DNA of 14,313 nucleotides from contig JAXHVD010000038.1 of assembly GCA_034189385.1 (NCBI GenBank), positions 1-14,313 of the forward strand, written 5' to 3'. This document shows positions 1 to 7,834 of this stretch, piece by piece; position 1 is the first letter of the stretch, and each line of letters opens with the position of its first letter. The position numbers and the translations under genes are program-made. Source of the DNA: Thermodesulfobacteriota bacterium (GTDB lineage: Bacteria > Desulfobacterota > Desulfobacteria > Desulfobacterales > C00003060). A model generated the notes under the pieces. That model saw only the letters and a list, made by a program, of their open reading frames with translations, was not told the DNA's origin and made no database searches.

Positions 1-120
1 AGGGCATTTGCCGGCGTCAATAATGTCTTTAACGAACTCTATTCAACCCTTGCCTTTGGTGAGAGTTATTACACCATGCCGACGCGCAATTACTACGGCG
101 GGATAGAATGGATATTCTGA
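1..120 (+). CDS. TonB-dependent outer-membrane receptor, C-terminal fragment (probably BtuB-like cobalamin receptor); truncated by window edge
   Basis: Frame 1 reads RAFAGVNNVFNELYSTLAFGESYYTMPTRNYYGGIEWIF* (TGA 118-120). This has the G-V-x-N-x-F-N-x-x-Y and P-x-R-x-Y-x-x-G motifs and terminal Phe typical of TonB-dependent receptor barrels. Not in the ORF track. Cobalamin specificity is inferred from context only. Confidence 0.85.
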   Translation, partial: RAFAGVNNVFNELYSTLAFGESYYTMPTRNYYGGIEWIF

Positions 121-166
121 CTCAAGTTTCGTACCCTTATCAACCTCATGAAGTAACGGCTAAAAA

Positions 167-247
167 CGTGCCGAGGTTTCCAGGAAACAGCAGGCCACTG
201 GTTTGGGCCTTTCCTATGCAATGGAAACATCGGCACGGGGAAACCCG
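167..247. repeat. Long imperfect inverted repeat followed by a GAAA-tetraloop hairpin
   Basis: CGTGCCGA-G-GTTTCCA (167-182) pairs with TGGAAAC-A-TCGGCACG (222-237). Inner stems GGAAA/TTTCC and AGGCC/GGCCT. Then CGGG-GAAA-CCCG (236-247). Confidence 0.7.
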
Positions 248-367
248 CTTCTCTTCGGCCGCCAATGCCTTTAGTAGCTATGGGAAGCATGTTGCCACAT
301 CCGGGGGGTACAAGTCTTGACACACCTACTATTCGTGGAAACGAGGGGTGGAAAACTTGAGATTCTG

Positions 368-1846
368 ATGAAAAGGCGGCGCCCCTTGAAGGCTTTTAAA
401 AGGATGCTGCCCCCGTTGCTGTGCTTTTTGCTGCTGAACTTTTCGGCCCCGGCAATGGCCGGCCCGTATCCGCCGGCTTTTGGTGAGCCCGGTTCTACGG
501 CTATCGCGAAAGATGATCCTGCTTTCGTAGCTTGGGCGACCGGGTGGCAGGACTATATTGTAGGAGACGAAGCCAGTGAGACATGGCAGACCCCGGAAGA
601 GGCCCTTGGTCCTGCCGAGGGCACATCTTATAACATCGTCAGCCTGGGGCGTGGGGGCGCCATAACCCTCACCCTTGACTGGCCCATAAGAAACGGCGAG
701 GGATGGGATTTTGCCGTATTTGAGAATTCATTTAATGACACGAACCTTGAGCTGGCTTACATAGAAGTGTCATCAAACGGAACCGATTTTCTTCGCTTTC
801 ACAATGACTCTCTTACGTCAAAACCTGTGGGAAGATATGGCGCCATTGACCCGACGGACATTGATGGCCTGGCAGGCAAATATAGACAGGGCGTCGGGAC
901 CCCTTTTGACTTACAGGAGTTGGCGGAAAGAGATGAGGTCCTAGATGGAAAGGTCCATCTCCGCCGGATTACGCACGTAAGGATTGTCGACGTTGTGGGA
1001 GACGGAACCGGCCTTGATACCAGCGGGGATGTGATCTATGATCCCTACCCTACCATTCAGAGTGCCGGCTTTGATCTGGATGCCATTGGCGCAAGATATG
1101 AAAACACGGAACCGCCAGCAGGCAACCTTCCTCCCGATCAACCCTTACTCTCCTTGCCGGCAAACGGGGCCACAGATCTCCCGCTGACGGCTATTCTTAA
1201 GACCGGGGACTTTTCTGATCCAGATGAAGAGGACATCCATTCAGTGACCACGTGGCAAATCAGCCACGACCCGGATTTTTCAAGTATTCTATTTGAAGAG
1301 ACTACCAGTACCAGCCTTACCGAACTTGCCGTGCCGCTGTTGTTGTTGCGGGGTGGGGAGACCTATTGCTGGCGTGCGAGATTCTACGATGACGGTGGAG
1401 GCAAGTCTCTCTGGTCGGAGGCCTATTCATTTACGACTGAGGTATCGTCTGACAACAGTCCGCCTGATCAACCCCTGTTGTCCCTGCCTGAAAATGGCTC
1501 AAGAGGTATTTCATCAGTGCCCGCTCTAGAAGCCGGGGCCTTTTCCGATCCAGATGAAGGCGACTTGCATGAACTCACCAGATGGCAGATCAGCAGCCAG
1601 GCCGATTTTTCAGTGCTTGTATTCGATCAGACGGGCAGTACTGATCTTACCGCAACTGTTGTTCCTCATGAATCAGAGTTATCATATGGTGAGGCCCATT
1701 ACTGGCGGGTAAAATTCTACGACAACCATGGGGCGGATTCTGTGTGGTCGGAGACCTTCAGTTTCACTACCGCAGAAGCCCCAAAGAGTGGAAAGGCCGG
1801 TGTAAGTGGCAACGGCTGCTTTGTTTCCACGGTGCTTTCCCAATAA
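368..1846 (+). CDS. Secreted/surface protein: signal peptide, BtuH-like putative cobalamin-binding domain, two Ig/FN3-like repeats, CFI-box-CTERM-like sorting motif
   Basis: ORF track gives 317..1846. ATG 368 yields a plausible Sec signal (MKRRRPLKAFKRMLPPLLCFLLLNFSAPAMA|GPY); ATG 404 is an alternative. Head motifs IVSLGRGGAITLT, IRNGEGWDFAVFENSF, ELAYIEVSSNG and GFDLDAIG resemble surface proteins of B12 uptake loci. Ends GVSGNGCFVSTVLSQ. Confidence 0.8.
   Translation: MKRRRPLKAFKRMLPPLLCFLLLNFSAPAMAGPYPPAFGEPGSTAIAKDDPAFVAWATGWQDYIVGDEASETWQTPEEALGPAEGTSYNIVSLGRGGAITLTLDWPIRNGEGWDFAVFENSFNDTNLELAYIEVSSNGTDFLRFHNDSLTSKPVGRYGAIDPTDIDGLAGKYRQGVGTPFDLQELAERDEVLDGKVHLRRITHVRIVDVVGDGTGLDTSGDVIYDPYPTIQSAGFDLDAIGARYENTEPPAGNLPPDQPLLSLPANGATDLPLTAILKTGDFSDPDEEDIHSVTTWQISHDPDFSSILFEETTSTSLTELAVPLLLLRGGETYCWRARFYDDGGGKSLWSEAYSFTTEVSSDNSPPDQPLLSLPENGSRGISSVPALEAGAFSDPDEGDLHELTRWQISSQADFSVLVFDQTGSTDLTATVVPHESELSYGEAHYWRVKFYDNHGADSVWSETFSFTTAEAPKSGKAGVSGNGCFVSTVLSQ
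1124..1771 (+). repeat. Two tandem ~110-aa Ig/FN3-like repeats within the surface protein
   Basis: Unit 1 (1124-1438) NLPPDQPLLSLPANG...FSDPDEEDIH...WQIS...YCWRARFYD...WSEAYSFTT. Unit 2 (1454-1771) NSPPDQPLLSLPENG...FSDPDEGDLH...WQIS...HYWRVKFYD...WSETFSFTT. Period 330 nt. Confidence 0.9.
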
Positions 1847-2088
1847 TGGTGTCTTGTAATGAGCCTTTTGTGCGACACATTCAGCATTTTGGGGAATACG
1901 CACAGAAGGTGTTCGGTGTCTACAAATGTTTCCATAGCATCGGGACTTGATCCGCCGCGGCCGAGACTTTTGCCATTTTAGCGCAACACCTAAAGTACGC
2001 CCAACATGTTCATGGAGCGAACAGGAATTGCTTCTTGCGAGACCAATAGTGAGGGAGAAAATAGATTCACCTCTTTTCCAAAGGATGG

Positions 2089-3162
2089 ATGGACCTGAAC
2101 TTCTTCAATCTAGGCGGCGTTGCAACCGGTATCGGAAGTCTCCCTTTTACTGATCGGGAGAAAGCCGTAGCGTTCGTCTTCAAGCATTTCGCTGAAATCC
2201 CCCACTGGCCCCAGATGCCCCGCCGGGGAAATCAGGAGTACTTTGTCCTTCAGTTTCTGCGGCCTCTTGTTGAGACCGGCCTACTGAAAAAAAACAACGA
2301 TGCGTGGTTATTTGATTTGAGCCAGCCCGACTGGTCGGATCGGCTAACTGCCTTTTACACCACTTGCCTTGACGCAGAAGCAGGGGACCCTGTTGCCATT
2401 CAGCGGTTCCTTCCTCCAGAACAGGCGGCCAGCGGGTTTCATAGGTTTATTGATTACCTTCAACAGGCAGGCACAGACAAGATAAAATTCGTGAAGGGAC
2501 AGATTGCAGGCCCTTTGACTTGTGGTTTGGAGTTAAAGGATCAGGAGGGACGGCTTTCCTACTACCAGGAGGAACTGAGAGATGTCATCGTAAGGACCCT
2601 GGCCTTAAGCGCACGCTCTCAGGCAGCCCTTTTGTCGCAATTTGGTAGCCCTGCCATCATTTTTGTGGATGAGCCGGCCATCAGCAGATACGGCACTAGA
2701 TATCACCTTGCTGTGAGTAAAGAAATGATCCTTGGAGACATGAATGCTATCTGCCGTGCCGTACGCTCCGAGAATGCTTTGGTGGGCGTACATTGCTGCG
2801 AGGCCATAGACTGGTCGCTGCTTTTTGAGACAGAGATGCAAATCCTGAGTCTGGATGCCTACCGATTCGGTGATTCGCTCATTTCCTATTCAACTGACAT
2901 TGGGGGTTTTACGCAGGGCGGTGGTGTGATCGCCTGGGGGATCGTGCCTACGCTCGATGACCCTTTTCAAGAAACGCCGGAGACCCTTCTGGAGCGACTG
3001 CAAGCCCTTGTATCAAAACTGGCCCGTCAAGGAGTCGACCCCGAGATTTTGCGCCAGCAAAGCATGATTACCCCTGCCTGTGGCACAGGGCTTCTTTCCG
3101 TCGAAGAGACGGAAAGGATCTACGAGCTGACATCTCAAGTGTCCTGTCTTTGGCGTGGGTGA
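2089..3162 (+). CDS. Core (MetE catalytic-domain-only) methionine synthase, MesB-like
   Basis: 357 aa with ATGIGSLP, IPHWPQMP, KGQIAGPLT, IIFVDEP, zinc-ligand motifs GVHCC, LSLDAY and ITPACG, and IAWGIVPT. Lacks the N-terminal folate-binding half of full-length MetE. Confidence 0.8.
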   Translation: MDLNFFNLGGVATGIGSLPFTDREKAVAFVFKHFAEIPHWPQMPRRGNQEYFVLQFLRPLVETGLLKKNNDAWLFDLSQPDWSDRLTAFYTTCLDAEAGDPVAIQRFLPPEQAASGFHRFIDYLQQAGTDKIKFVKGQIAGPLTCGLELKDQEGRLSYYQEELRDVIVRTLALSARSQAALLSQFGSPAIIFVDEPAISRYGTRYHLAVSKEMILGDMNAICRAVRSENALVGVHCCEAIDWSLLFETEMQILSLDAYRFGDSLISYSTDIGGFTQGGGVIAWGIVPTLDDPFQETPETLLERLQALVSKLARQGVDPEILRQQSMITPACGTGLLSVEETERIYELTSQVSCLWRG

Positions 3163-3207
3163 CCCAGGACAAAGACGTGGTGGTGGGGCCACTTGCCGCT
3201 GTTTTTG

Positions 3208-4480
3208 TTATTCTTGGATCGGCAGCATGCTTGCCACTAAACAGTCCCCTGCCCCTCCTCCGCCACTGGAAGAACCTTCCGAGCCGTCGCTTGGCTCAGC
3301 ATAGGAGATGCAGCCCACACCGCCGGGATCCACCACAAGGGAGTCCGGTTCAGCGTAGAAGTCGCCATGGCCACCATCTTGAATGGTAATTGTCACGGAT
3401 TTCCTGTCCCCACTAAAATCAGCACCAGTAAAGAGATACCATCCTTTGCAAGGCTCGTACTTGTACCAGTCGTAGCCCTCTGGCGCCGGCTCGGACGGGT
3501 AAACCGTAAGGGTGGCCGCATCGCCCGGATTTTCAACTTCCACCGTGAAACCGATCAGCCCCAAGAGAAAGCGACCAGGCTTTTCTCCGTGGCTTTCAAA
3601 CTGATCAGGACCCAGGGATGCCACCTGCCTGATTGCTGTCTCTGCCCCGGTGGCAAGGCCGACCTGCCCCTCCCCGACCACGGTCCTGAGCGCTTTGAAC
3701 AACTCCGTGATCTGATCCACATCGGGAGTTCCAGCTTGGTTCAGATCCACAGGGCTGTCAGGCGCCAGCTCCTGATGATCGGGAATGCCATTGGCGTCCA
3801 GGTCGTCCGTGGTGGTGAAAAAAAACCTCCGACCATTCAGACCAATCGCCGTAGCTGTCCGCAAATCGAGCTCGCCAACAGTAGATGGAATTCGCCTCAA
3901 GGACGGCTCCCGATAAAATCAGAGAGGTGGGAGCAGAGCGGCTCTCCGTTTCATAGATGCGATGCGATTCGAAATCCTCAAGGGTGGTGCTCAACTGCCA
4001 TTTGGTTCTGAGATGGTACTCTCCCTCCTCTGCATCGTCGTCTACAAACAGGGCCGTTGACAGGGTGGGAAAAAGAACCATGCTCCTGATATCGTGGCGT
4101 CGTAATCCTCGCCCGTTGACGCCCCAAAGCTGACGAGTGGCGAACTCGCACCACCCCAAGCTTCAGCATCATAGGCCACCCCATAGTTCGCAGATCCCCC
4201 GGCGCCGCCACCCGTGATGGCGCTGTACTGATTGGTCCAACCTGCTGTGGTGGTGTCGGTCATGTTGGAGTAGGCCCAACCATCCCAGGAGCCCCGTGAA
4301 GTGTCATAGCAGTTAGAGAAATGCGCATCACCGCTTATGAATCCTCCGGAGCTATCGGATCCATTCCAGTAGGAGTCAGATGCCAATGTCAGATCATAAA
4401 GAAACCGCTACCGCCCCATGGGCGACTGCGGAAAAACACACATTCAAGCTCAAAAAGCCAATGCAAAACAATCGTATCAT
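3208..4480 (-). pseudogene. Fragmented surface-protein gene: signal peptide, DUF4465 (N-terminal half only), one Ig/FN3-like repeat, choice-of-anchor-U-like domain, degenerate CFI-box-CTERM-like tail
   Basis: GGAGG RBS then ATG 4480: MIRLFCIGFLSLNVCFSAVAHGAVAVSL* (stop 4394-4396). Frameshift to YDLTLASDSYWNGSDSSGGF...WDGWAYSNMTDTTTAGWTNQYSAITGGGAGGSANYGVAY...ISGAWF (DUF4465-like). Frameshift with apparent deletion near 4075 to PTLST...TKWQLS...YCWRARFADSYGDWSEWSEVF. Frameshift at T8 run (3818-3825) to FTTTDD...LGLIGFTVEV...YDWYKY...VTITIQDGGHGD...VVDPGG...GGGGAGDCLVASMLPIQE*. Confidence 0.85.
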
Positions 4481-4481
4481 T

Positions 4482-4577
4482 TCAATACCTCCAAAAGACG
4501 TTTCGTTTTTTCAATTCTAGCCGCTGTGGCCCACGACCTTGCCCACAGAATAGGGCTTCGGAATCCGTTGGCACCAT
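4482..4577 (-). CDS. Possible 31-aa small ORF ahead of the DUF4465 gene
   Basis: AAAGGAGG RBS then ATG 4577: MVPTDSEALFCGQGRGPQRLELKKRNVFWRY*. Its stop lies 1 nt before the next ATG (4480). No recognised homology. Confidence 0.3.
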   Translation of the reverse strand: MVPTDSEALFCGQGRGPQRLELKKRNVFWRY

Positions 4578-4709
4578 TTGCTCCCACCTCCTTTCAGCGA
4601 TCCTGAGAAAAGGCCTAAATCCCTTTGCGGCTTTCCGGCTCTATCCAACTCTCTGATTGATCCCTGGTGCGAAGTGGCTTTCGGACCTTAAACGCGGTAC
4701 ATACGAAAC

Positions 4710-4743
4710 AAAAAACCCCGGACCGAAAAACTCCGATCCGGGG
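4710..4743 (-). terminator. Intrinsic terminator (attenuator) of cobalamin riboswitch 1
   Basis: Minus strand CCCCGGATCGGA-GTTT-TTCGGTCCGGGG followed by TTTTTT. Confidence 0.85.
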
Positions 4744-4804
4744 ATATCCCTTCTTTATCCTCAAGATCCAAGACAAACCTCGGTCCCCGTAGGTTTGGCC
4801 TTTT

Positions 4805-4968
4805 GCGCAGGCAGGTCTTCTGACTCTCAAATCATCCTACTGACCGCACCTTCCCGTCCGCCTGTGGCAGACAGTGGCGTTTTGCGGTGTTCGTCCTTGA
4901 TAACAGCGGCGGGCCCGTCCCCGATTCTCACGGGGTTCCCTATTAAGCCCATCTTGGGCACCTGAACA
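4805..4968 (-). promoter_or_regulatory. Cobalamin riboswitch 1 (controls the DUF4465 gene)
   Basis: Minus strand: AGGTGCCC...GGGCTTAATAGGGAACCCCGTGAGAATCGGGGACGGGCCCGCCGCTGT...GCCACTG...GGGAAGG...GAGTCAGAAGACCTGCC. All canonical B12-element blocks are present in order, including the B12 box. Confidence 0.95.
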
Positions 4969-4998
4969 AGTGTGCCAATACTACAACGGGATAAAGGG

Positions 4999-5004
4999 TG
5001 TCAA
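4999..5004 (-). promoter_or_regulatory. Probable sigma70 -35 box for the riboswitch 1 transcript
   Basis: Perfect TTGACA about 30 nt upstream of the aptamer. Candidate -10 TAGTAT sits at an atypical 15-nt spacing. Confidence 0.5.
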
Positions 5005-5067
5005 GACTGGGAAGGTTTTTTGTGGGCAAAGCGGGCTTTGCGTCCCAGGGGTCACGAACGCATAGTG

Positions 5068-6081
5068 CTAACCCTTTTGTCTCAGCAGTATTCTAATAAA
5101 CACGGGTCCCCCTACAATAGCCGTGATGATCCCTACGGGCATTTCTGTAGGGGCTATGACCGTGCGGGCCACGAGGTCACACAAGGCCAGGAAGGCGCCC
5201 CCCAGGCAGAAACAGGCCGGGAGCACCAACCGATGGTCCGCACCGGAGAGGCGACGCACCCCGTGGGGGATGATCAGACCCACGAACCCGATGGGACCGG
5301 AAAGAGATACGGTCGCCGCCGTGATGAGCCCCATCCCGATAATCACCTTCCTCTGCACAGCGGCCACTTGAACGCCGTGGCCTGCAGCCATGTCCCCTCC
5401 AAAGGCGAGCAGGTTTAGGGCGTGAGCCTGAAAAAGAAGCAAACCCAGGCCCGGAATCAAGAGGGGGGCCAGGGTGAGCAACTCCCCGTAGCCTACCACG
5501 TCCAGCCCGCCCATGATCCATCGATCCATGGCAACGAGAAGATGGGGGCTTGCCAGATACCGAATGAGTAGAATCGCGGCCCCGCAAAGGATGTTAACGG
5601 TCACCCCGGCCAAGAGGATCGTGGCCATGGATACCCCTTCTCTCCGTGACGCCACACGGTAGATGACCAGGATGGCGGCAAGACAACCAGCCAGGCTGAA
5701 GACCTGTACCGTGGAGAGGGGGCCGAAGCGAAAGAAGAGCCCGGGCACCGAAATGGCCAGCACCGCGCCCACGGCCCCGCCGCCCGACACGCCAAGGATG
5801 AACGGCTCGGCCAAGGGATTGCGAAGGGCGACCTGAAGGGCGCCCCCGGCCACGGCCAAGGTCCCTCCAACGGCAAAAGCCAGCATCACGCGAGGGATGC
5901 GGTGGTAGAAAAAGATATCGAAGTCCACGTTGGGTGCAGAAGAGAAGAGGCCAGCCAGTATTCGGGAAACCGACACGTGTTCTGTCCCCACAAGGGGGGC
6001 CACGGCCAAGACCGCTAGAGCGAGCAGCCCGTAGGCCGTCAGAGCAGTTGCAAGTCGCCGATGGGTCATGACAGAGGTCAC
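5068..6081 (-). CDS. btuC: Cobalamin ABC transporter permease (FecCD/BtuC family)
   Basis: RIPRVMLAFAVGGTLAVAGGALQVALRNPLAEPFILGVSGG, GPIGFVGLIIPH, EMPVGIITAIVGGPVF. Last gene of a cobalamin-riboswitch operon. Confidence 0.9.
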   Translation of the reverse strand: MTSVMTHRRLATALTAYGLLALAVLAVAPLVGTEHVSVSRILAGLFSSAPNVDFDIFFYHRIPRVMLAFAVGGTLAVAGGALQVALRNPLAEPFILGVSGGGAVGAVLAISVPGLFFRFGPLSTVQVFSLAGCLAAILVIYRVASRREGVSMATILLAGVTVNILCGAAILLIRYLASPHLLVAMDRWIMGGLDVVGYGELLTLAPLLIPGLGLLLFQAHALNLLAFGGDMAAGHGVQVAAVQRKVIIGMGLITAATVSLSGPIGFVGLIIPHGVRRLSGADHRLVLPACFCLGGAFLALCDLVARTVIAPTEMPVGIITAIVGGPVFIRILLRQKG

Positions 6082-6893
6082 GGCGCGGTCTCCCCCTCTT
6101 TCTTCTTCCCCGTTGCCGGAAGCACGACTGGCCTGTTGGCCGAGGGGTGGGTCGAGACGACGATTTCCTCACCATAGACTTCGTAGAGAATGTCTGGGGT
6201 CAAGAGGTTGCCAGGAGGACCCTGGTGGGTGATGGCGCCTCCGCTCACAAGGAGGAGGCGATGACTAAACAGCCCTGCCAGGTTCAGTTCGTGGGTCACC
6301 ACCACCACACCCATACCCGAGGCCACCAGATCGGACAGAAGATTGAAGAACCGAACCTGGTGATGGATGTCCAGGGCACCCGTGGGCTCATCGAGAAGGA
6401 GCACCTTCGGCGCCTGGGCGATAACAGAGGCGAGCAGCACACGCTGCATCTCTCCCCCGGAAAGATGCGAGAGCGGGCGGTTTCTAAAGGCTTCGGTCCG
6501 GGTCTGAACAAGGGCACGATCCACCGCTTCCATGTCTTGAGCCGTGAGAAAGCCGAATCCTTTGGCATGAGGGAAACGGCCCATGGCCACCACGTCTTCA
6601 ACGCCGTAGTCGAAAAAGGTTTGCACATGCTGAGGAAGGTAGGCCACTTGGCGTGCCATTTCCTTGCGAGTCATCTCGGCCGTGGGCCTTCCCTTCAAGT
6701 GAACAACGCCGGCCTGAGGGGTGAGGACGCCTGCGGTCAGCTTGAGAAGGGTGGTCTTGCCCGAACCGTTGGGGCCAATGATGCCTAGAATCTCCCCCTT
6801 CTGAACTGAAAAAGAGCAGGGGCCCAGACGCCAGTCGCTGCCGGCGTAGCCATAGGTGACAGCTTCCACGGTCAGCAGGTCACAGGTCATCAT
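6078..6893 (-). CDS. btuD: Cobalamin ABC transporter ATP-binding protein
   Basis: Walker A GPNGSGKT, signature LSGGE, Walker B LLLDEPT, H-loop VTHELN. Overlaps both neighbouring genes. Confidence 0.9.
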   Translation of the reverse strand: MMTCDLLTVEAVTYGYAGSDWRLGPCSFSVQKGEILGIIGPNGSGKTTLLKLTAGVLTPQAGVVHLKGRPTAEMTRKEMARQVAYLPQHVQTFFDYGVEDVVAMGRFPHAKGFGFLTAQDMEAVDRALVQTRTEAFRNRPLSHLSGGEMQRVLLASVIAQAPKVLLLDEPTGALDIHHQVRFFNLLSDLVASGMGVVVVTHELNLAGLFSHRLLLVSGGAITHQGPPGNLLTPDILYEVYGEEIVVSTHPSANRPVVLPATGKKKEGETAP

Positions 6894-7782
6894 CCATCTC
6901 CGGATGGAGAGCTCGAGCGATGGCCCTTACGGCTAAGCCCATGCGGGGGCCGGGCACGAGAAGGAAATCGTCGGTTAAAATATGAATGCTGCCGGACTGC
7001 ACCGCCGGGACGGTCCTGAGCACCCGCCAGTCCGAAACGAGGGCCTTTTTCTGCGCGTTTGAGATCTCCTCGCCCGGTCGTAGCTCCAGGATCACCTCCG
7101 GCTTCCGTTTGATCAGGCTCTCTTTGGACGCCTCAGGGTAGGGGATGGAGATGTCTTTGAAAATGCTCTCCCCTCCGGCGACTTTAAGGATTTCCTCCAC
7201 GTAGCTTCCCTTGCCTGCTGTGCCCAGGCCGGAGAGTCCGCCTGATGATCGCCACAAGCAGACAAAGACCTTGGGCCGCGGGTAGGACGACACCTTCTTA
7301 CGAAGGGCCTCCAGATCCTTGCCGATGGCCGCCGAAAGGCGAGCGGCCCGCTGCGGACACTGAAAGACCTCACCCAGCTGGCTGATGGCACTGAAGACCG
7401 AAGAGAGGCTCTCCATGGCCACGTGGGCCACCCGGATCCCTTTGTCTTTGCAAAAGGTATCCACCTTCTCATGTTTGCCATGAAGAAGGACCAGATCCGG
7501 ACGCAGGACCAGGAGCCTTTCGAAATTGGGGTTTACGTATCCGCCCACCCTGGGCAGCGCCCTTGCTTCGGGAGGGAAATTATCAAAGTCACTGACGCCC
7601 ACGAGACAGTGGCCCTGGCTGAGGGCGAAGATCGTTTCCGTAATATTTGGCCCCAAGGAAACGACCCGAAGGACAGGTTCGGGGCGCGCTTCCTGGGCGT
7701 CCAAGACGCCACCTTGGCACCACGTGAGCAACGCAAGGCAAACCACCAGGCCAAGGATCGCCCTTTTTCCGAAAACGCCCAT
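6880..7782 (-). CDS. btuF: Periplasmic cobalamin-binding protein (BtuF-like)
   Basis: Signal peptide, RVVSLGPNITETIFAL, LVGVSDFDNFP, VGGYVNPNFERLLVLRPDLV, PGPRM. GGAGG RBS. Directly downstream of riboswitch 2. Confidence 0.9.
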   Translation of the reverse strand: MGVFGKRAILGLVVCLALLTWCQGGVLDAQEARPEPVLRVVSLGPNITETIFALSQGHCLVGVSDFDNFPPEARALPRVGGYVNPNFERLLVLRPDLVLLHGKHEKVDTFCKDKGIRVAHVAMESLSSVFSAISQLGEVFQCPQRAARLSAAIGKDLEALRKKVSSYPRPKVFVCLWRSSGGLSGLGTAGKGSYVEEILKVAGGESIFKDISIPYPEASKESLIKRKPEVILELRPGEEISNAQKKALVSDWRVLRTVPAVQSGSIHILTDDFLLVPGPRMGLAVRAIARALHPEMDDDL

Positions 7783-7803
7783 GGGGCCGACCTCCCAAGA
7801 AAG

Positions 7804-7834
7804 AAAAAACCCCAGACTGACAGCCAGCCTGGGG
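7804..7834 (-). terminator. Intrinsic terminator (attenuator) of cobalamin riboswitch 2
   Basis: Minus strand CCCCAGGCTG-GCTGT-CAGTCTGGGG followed by TTTTTT, just before the btuF RBS. Confidence 0.85.

Noticed and set aside
121..316. Third cobalamin riboswitch (GCCACTG near 194, GGGAAG near 282)
   Set aside because: No AATAGGGAA block, no CCCGC..CTGT block and no AGACCTGCC B12 box; the isolated motifs are likely chance.
317..367. TTG start at 317 for the surface protein
   Set aside because: It would put 17 extra residues before the signal peptide, and TTGACA at 317-322 looks more like a -35 box.
1847..2088. SAM riboswitch upstream of the methionine synthase
   Set aside because: No S-box core motifs recognisable.
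4394..4396. Selenocysteine readthrough of the TGA in the DUF4465 gene
   Set aside because: Readthrough stays in the wrong frame and meets another TGA six codons later; a frameshift is required.
5025..5050. c-di-GMP-I riboswitch (GGGACGCAAAGCC on the minus strand)
   Set aside because: The upstream GGCAAA and GAAA-tetraloop stem and the downstream receptor stem are missing; only a short GCAAAGC/GCTTTGC hairpin is present.
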